Source: Podarcis melisellensis (Eukaryota). Taken from it: DNA of 64,000 nt. The translations under genes and the position numbers were made by a program. How positions within the stretch are numbered: the first letter of the stretch is position 1; every line of letters starts with the position of its first letter. Of the stretch, positions 58,831 to 64,000 are shown in pieces. The DNA lies in assembly GCA_964234715.1 (NCBI GenBank), contig OZ174278.1, one strand, 5' to 3'. The notes beneath the pieces were generated by a model that was not told where the DNA came from, made no database searches, and was given only the letters and a program-made list of their open reading frames with translations.

Positions 58831-61121
58831 GGGGCTAAAGTTTGAAGCGGGAAAAGGTTGGGGCTCGCTTGCAGCGCCAAAGCAGATCTCCAATGTTTTC
58901 ATTGCTCCTGGGCCTTCACAGGAGAATCTTGTGCGTGGTTTGGGGAAAAGTGGATAGAGATGTTTTTCTTTGGGGCGGGTCCACCAGGTGAGGCAGTCCC
59001 TCAGGTGGCATGGTCTACGGCGGAAGCACATCACAATGTCCATCTATCCCCTCCTTTTGCTGATGGAGATCTTCCCTCACCCATTCCTGGGTGGGGAGGG
59101 GGCCCTTTGTCATTTTGGGGGTCTGCCAGGTGCCAAAATATCTTCTTTTTTTCTACCTCATAATATTAGAACTCCCCACCCCGGTCATCTAGTGAAGCTG
59201 AAGGGTGAGAGGGAAATTCAGGATAGCCCCAAAGGAAGCAGTTCCTCACCCAGCATATAACTGAGCTGTAGAAAATGCTATAACCAGATGTATGGATGGC
59301 CACCAATTCGGATGACTTTAGAAGGGGATGAGGCATATTCATGTTCTATAAGGCTCTCAGTGGCTACTAGTCATAGTGACTGTGGATGCTTCCTAATACC
59401 AATTGCTAGAGGTCACAAGCAAGAGTACTGTTGTGCTTATGTCCTGCTTGTGAGTTCCTATGGGCAACTGGTTGGATATTGGGAGAGCAAAATGCAGGGC
59501 TAGATACGCCTTTAGTCTGAGCCAGCGGTGCTCCTCTTACATTCTTAGAACATTTTCACAAATGACATTTGATTGCTGTAGTTTCTACCACAGATGTAAA
59601 TCCGATATTGCTGTGAGAAATTTGGCTTTAAAATTGACAGTCTTTTACTTTCCATTCCACATTAGTTAGCAGGAGAGAGGACCAGAGAAGAGGTTCCTTT
59701 GCAGATTTTTGAGAGCGAGACATCAGTGTGTGCTAGAAGTTGAAAGGGGACCTAGCTTCATCAGGTCAGGTGCCTAGCCATGGAGACATGGGTGGTAGGA
59801 AGCAGTTGATGGCTTGGGTCTATTTCTTTCTGGCAGATGCATTTTCAGACAATCATTTTATTTCCTTCTGTCTTTCACCACCACTTTTTCTCCCAAGTTA
59901 CAAGGATGCTAGTAGTTTCAGAGGACTCTTATCATTCTTATAGAGCACCCTGGGAGTTCTCACTTGAAACAGACAAGCAAAATGCTGCTGATAACATGTT
60001 CATCTCTTGTGAAGGCTCTCTAGGAAAGCTCAATGCATGATAACTGTCTTAGGCAGAATGCATAAAGAAAGCTAATTCTTCTGCAGTTTCAGTTGTTCTT
60101 TATGCAGATTTCTGCGTAACTTGAAAGTTACACAATTAGCAGTTTGTCCAGCAAAAAAAAAAAATTGGTTGTTTTGCAGAATTGTAGCAATTGTTATTAT
60201 GTGGGATATTAAGCAGTGCTGAATTGTTCTTTAAAAAAGTGAGATTCATTATGCTCTGTGAAGTTCCATAATAAAGGAACTTTTGACAGCTGCAATTTGT
60301 ATAGGCATTTCTATACTGCAGGTTTATTTGTGTTTGCAATGTTGTGTTGCATAGCTGGGGGTGCATATACGGCTGTTATTTCCAGGGTTTCCATGTTAAG
60401 AGCATATGCTGCATCTGTGGGCAGATTATCCTGGGCCAAATGGGATGTCTTTAGGGACATGTGGGAATGGCTCTCAGCCCATGATTCTGCATTTGTTTGT
60501 ACATATTGAGGTCACGCTGGGACAACGGGGCTCTTGCTTTTCTCTTTTTCATCTGAGCTCTCACGAGAATTGTGTAATCCTCTTCTTATTCCACATGTCT
60601 AGCATACTAGTGACTATAGCGTAGGAGCAATTGGTGTCATGGGTAACTCGTCTGGCAAAACATTGCCGTGTTGCACAATTGAACGGCATATTGATAGAGA
60701 TGGGGATTGAAGGTGTTGAAAAAGGCCAACTACGTGGAAATGAAGTCACCGGGGTATGTGCCTCACCTTTTTAAACCAGGGAAGTGGATCAGACAGGTAA
60801 CAAAGACCAGCAGTCTCTTCCTATTCTGCATAACCCGAACAATGGGATCTGTCTGTGCTGTGTCATCACCTGTACATTCACCACAGACAAGAAAATCTCC
60901 CTTTACACACAGCGTGTTTCAGTTTTGCGTTGGACCGGAAACTAGAATTCCCCATGCAGACAGTCCTTACTGAATACTTTATCCTTTCTGGGGATGGGCT
61001 GCAATTGCTCACCAACCCATGCTTCATTCCCAAGCATGGTAGACTGAATTCCTCAGCTATCACTTCCTATCTCCTCTATAGCACTATTTGGTTGGCTTTC
61101 TGTTTGCTGTACGCTGGTGGT

Positions 61122-61122
61122 G

Positions 61123-61151
<29 letters not shown>
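61122..61151. repeat. (TAA)n microsatellite
   Basis: Directly visible. Confidence 0.95.
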
Positions 61152-61153
<2 letters not shown>

Positions 61154-64000
61154 GTAGCATCAGGCAGTACTGTACAAAAAAAAGTGGTAGGACTTTTCTG
61201 TGGTTCACCAGAGGACCATCGCTGGTGCGTGTGTGTGATAGAACCATATAGACAGAATTCTTTGATAAATGCAATAACTCCACATCACAGAAATCTAGCG
61301 AGAACTTTACAGTATGTCCACTGAGTTGTAAGAAGCAGAAGAGTGCTAGTTTTTTTTGTGTGGCCATTGTAAAACATCCAGTGTTTAATTCCACACCCCA
61401 AGCGAGAAGGTCATGTGCCTGGATTTACCTCTTTGTTCCCCAATATTAATCTGCTGCAAATAAGTTATTAAAGCTTGGAGACACCCAAATGATATTGGAG
61501 CTCATTTGTGTGTCAAGGACAGTGCATGCAATTTGATGTGTAATTTGAGGGAGAGTCACTGCCCTGAAGAGCTTAACGTCTAGACTAATAAGATTGACAG
61601 ATAGCTCATCTATGCTCAAGTAAAAGTGCATAGAGCACCAGAATAATCTGTTCATATTCTCCGGTGCTTGAAATCCCTGCAGCTATTGGCAGAGGAAGGG
61701 GGACTTTCCCCTTTGTCTCATCTCACTGCTCGGGAATCTGGAATCGTAGTTGGACAAAATATGCCTCCTCTCCCATGCAGAGCCATATTTTACTCCCACT
61801 CTCAGAGGTCTTGGATGGAAGAAAAATTACTTAATCCTGTTTTGCACACTCCTTTTAGAAACTTGGGCTATGGTATTTCTGAGGTGCCTGAGAAATTTGG
61901 CTGCAGGAAAATCTGACTTTGGAAACTGCTATGGCCTGATTTACGCAAGCAGCAAGGTGGCATCTCTTTGGAAATGCACATGCGTTTGCCGTGCTTTTGC
62001 AACCCCACTTTCAGGCATTTTGCTATGGGATGGCAAAAGTCTATAGAATTGCATGGTGAGCCTCCTTACACAGAACATGGAGCAGCCTCCACTCAGTTGC
62101 CGTTCAAGAAACAACCATGCTGTCGCTTGTGTCAGTTCTGAGAAGTGTTCCAGTGTTTTGCCAACTCCGAACATCTCCACACATGCTTTTCAAAAAAGTG
62201 AGGGGCAGGTGAGCTGTATTCTGGACAAAGGCCTTGTTTTAAGGAATGTGACCCTTTCGTTGTTAGCCATAAAGTGCATGACTGCAGTTAGCAGTGTTTC
62301 ACTGATATTTGTTCGTTGCCTTTTCACACTGAAAATGTAGGAGATCATCATGCACGACAGATGCAGATGGAGTGTTGGTGTCTAGGTTTTGCTTTGTTCC
62401 CTCGTTCCTAGTTATGTGAGAACTCAAGTTTATGGTTCCGTTTTAATGCTGCAGTCTGAAGCATGAGTGTGGGAAACAGACTGTGGAGATATATACATTG
62501 AAGCTAGGATGCAAGGAATATGTATGCGTTGTAGAATGTGTTGTGCATTCTCTGCAACTTCAGGTTCTTCTCGCTGTCAAACGCAACCGTTCTGCTCTTT
62601 AAACAGAAGCTAAAGCAATGGCTGCAGTGGCAAATGAAAGTTTCATCCACACGCATGGTTCTTCTTTCTGTTTCTTCTTTAGATTATCTGCACAGTTTAC
62701 TGTTCCCTCACTTGCTCATCTCAACCTTTTGGGATCCTAGCCCAAGTACGAACCTTTGCAGGAGAATTTGCCTGTTCCTTGAAGGTTACTGCACCCCTAT
62801 CTGTAATGTTGTGGGGCAGGAAAAGATAACAGGAGTGTGATACGGCATTATTTCAGTAGCTGCATCAGTTCCTGGATGTTCCATGCAGGGATAGGAGAAG
62901 GAACAGTGTGGGGAAATGGTTGCTTGTACATAAGAGCATGAGCAAAGTTCTTATTAGAACAGCCTATATCATAACAAGGCCCCCAAAAGCCTGTGCTGAT
63001 GAGCCTTAAAAGAAATATTAAAAAACAAACAAATAGGAGGAACAATTTGAAAAATAAGAAATCAAATATTTGCGGGCCCCCAAGGAGATCAAAATCTCAT
63101 GTTAATAAAACCCACACTTAAATGTAAGCAGCGATACTTTTCTTGATTTGCTTTTTCAAAGGAAGAATGGATGAAATTGGCACCTTCTTGTAAATGTAAA
63201 AAACTGATGGGGAGACACTTTGCTCTTTGGTGGTGAGCTTCGCTTTTAGTTTGTAGTAAAGCCCCAGTGGAATCTGGTTTGGATTTTGAATCTGGGTTAA
63301 GTTTCTAGTTGCTGTGCTATTTTCATTCACCGCGGGTATTTGATTCATTTTATTTCCGTGCCACTTTCCATTCAGATGAATCCCAAAGCGACTTACAAGT
63401 AATAAACAACGGCAACCTAGTGAAACGTAACAGAACATCACAAATGCAGCAAATATGTCGTATGAAATAATTAACAAATCATCAGTAAAAACCTAATATT
63501 TCACTCTCTTCAGGTTAATTCAATCCCTTTTTTCAATCTTCTTTTCCCTTTCACCTTGATTCTTTTTCCATAACCTCTCCAAATATTTTGAGAAATATTT
63601 TTTCACGAAGTATAAATAAATAAATAAATTCATTGGAGCTAAAATACTAACAAAATGAAAATACTTTGCTCCCGGTTAAAACCCTGATGCAGAATACCAA
63701 GGCATGGGGGATAGACAATCGCCCTCTGTATAGGGGCACGTCCCTGCCTCTGTTGGCATCAACTCGAAGACTGTCTGTTTGCATGTGGCTCTGGAGATTG
63801 AAGAAACCCACGAACAGTTTTATCACGCCTACCCTGCTGATCATGCCGTTTTGGGCTCTCCTCCAGAGGAATGTGGACTGTTTGCACCAGCTGTGTGTGC
63901 TATAGCCAGTTTTGCCTCTGTGTTGATGGAAGGCTTGTCCTCGGCACATGTTTTCATGTACAGTATATACTTCTGTTCCTCCCCCTCTTCCCTGCTCCCC

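Noticed and set aside
56409-59043. Many 100-262 aa Pro/Arg/Ala/Gly-rich ORFs on both strands
   Set aside because: Typical of stop-poor CpG islands; no recognisable protein, and the LATS2 N-terminus is not among them
61053-61394. Poly-Tyr, poly-Asn and poly-Ile ORFs
   Set aside because: Translations of a (TAA)n microsatellite

Overview
Vertebrate (squamate, most likely lacertid lizard) genomic DNA, not prokaryotic. It carries the conserved block ZDHHC20(+) - MRPL57(-) - SKA3(+) - SAP18(-), then a large CpG island (~56.4-58.8 kb) that by synteny and TEAD-motif content is probably the LATS2 promoter and non-coding first exon. I reconstructed the 3' ZDHHC20 exons (including a 36-nt microexon and a 3'-UTR intron), the single coding exon of MRPL57 (104 aa), nine SKA3 coding exons (424 aa) and four SAP18 exons (153 aa); all have GT-AG boundaries and consistent phases. 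Introns and intergenic DNA are rich in Sauria SINEs, BovB/RTE, CR1, L1, L2, hAT and Tc1/mariner-type MITEs. The most unusual structures are: (i) a TA-flanked MITE filled with a 99-bp tandem array whose units are two palindromes; (ii) an 84-bp-arm hairpin upstream of SAP18 carrying a Penelope-type hammerhead ribozyme core; (iii) a tandemly duplicated ZDHHC20 splice donor; (iv) the ZDHHC20 microexon. No novel protein-coding system is supported; most listed ORFs are chance, repeat-derived or CpG-island ORFs. Gene and repeat family names come from recalled sequence similarity, not from a database search.
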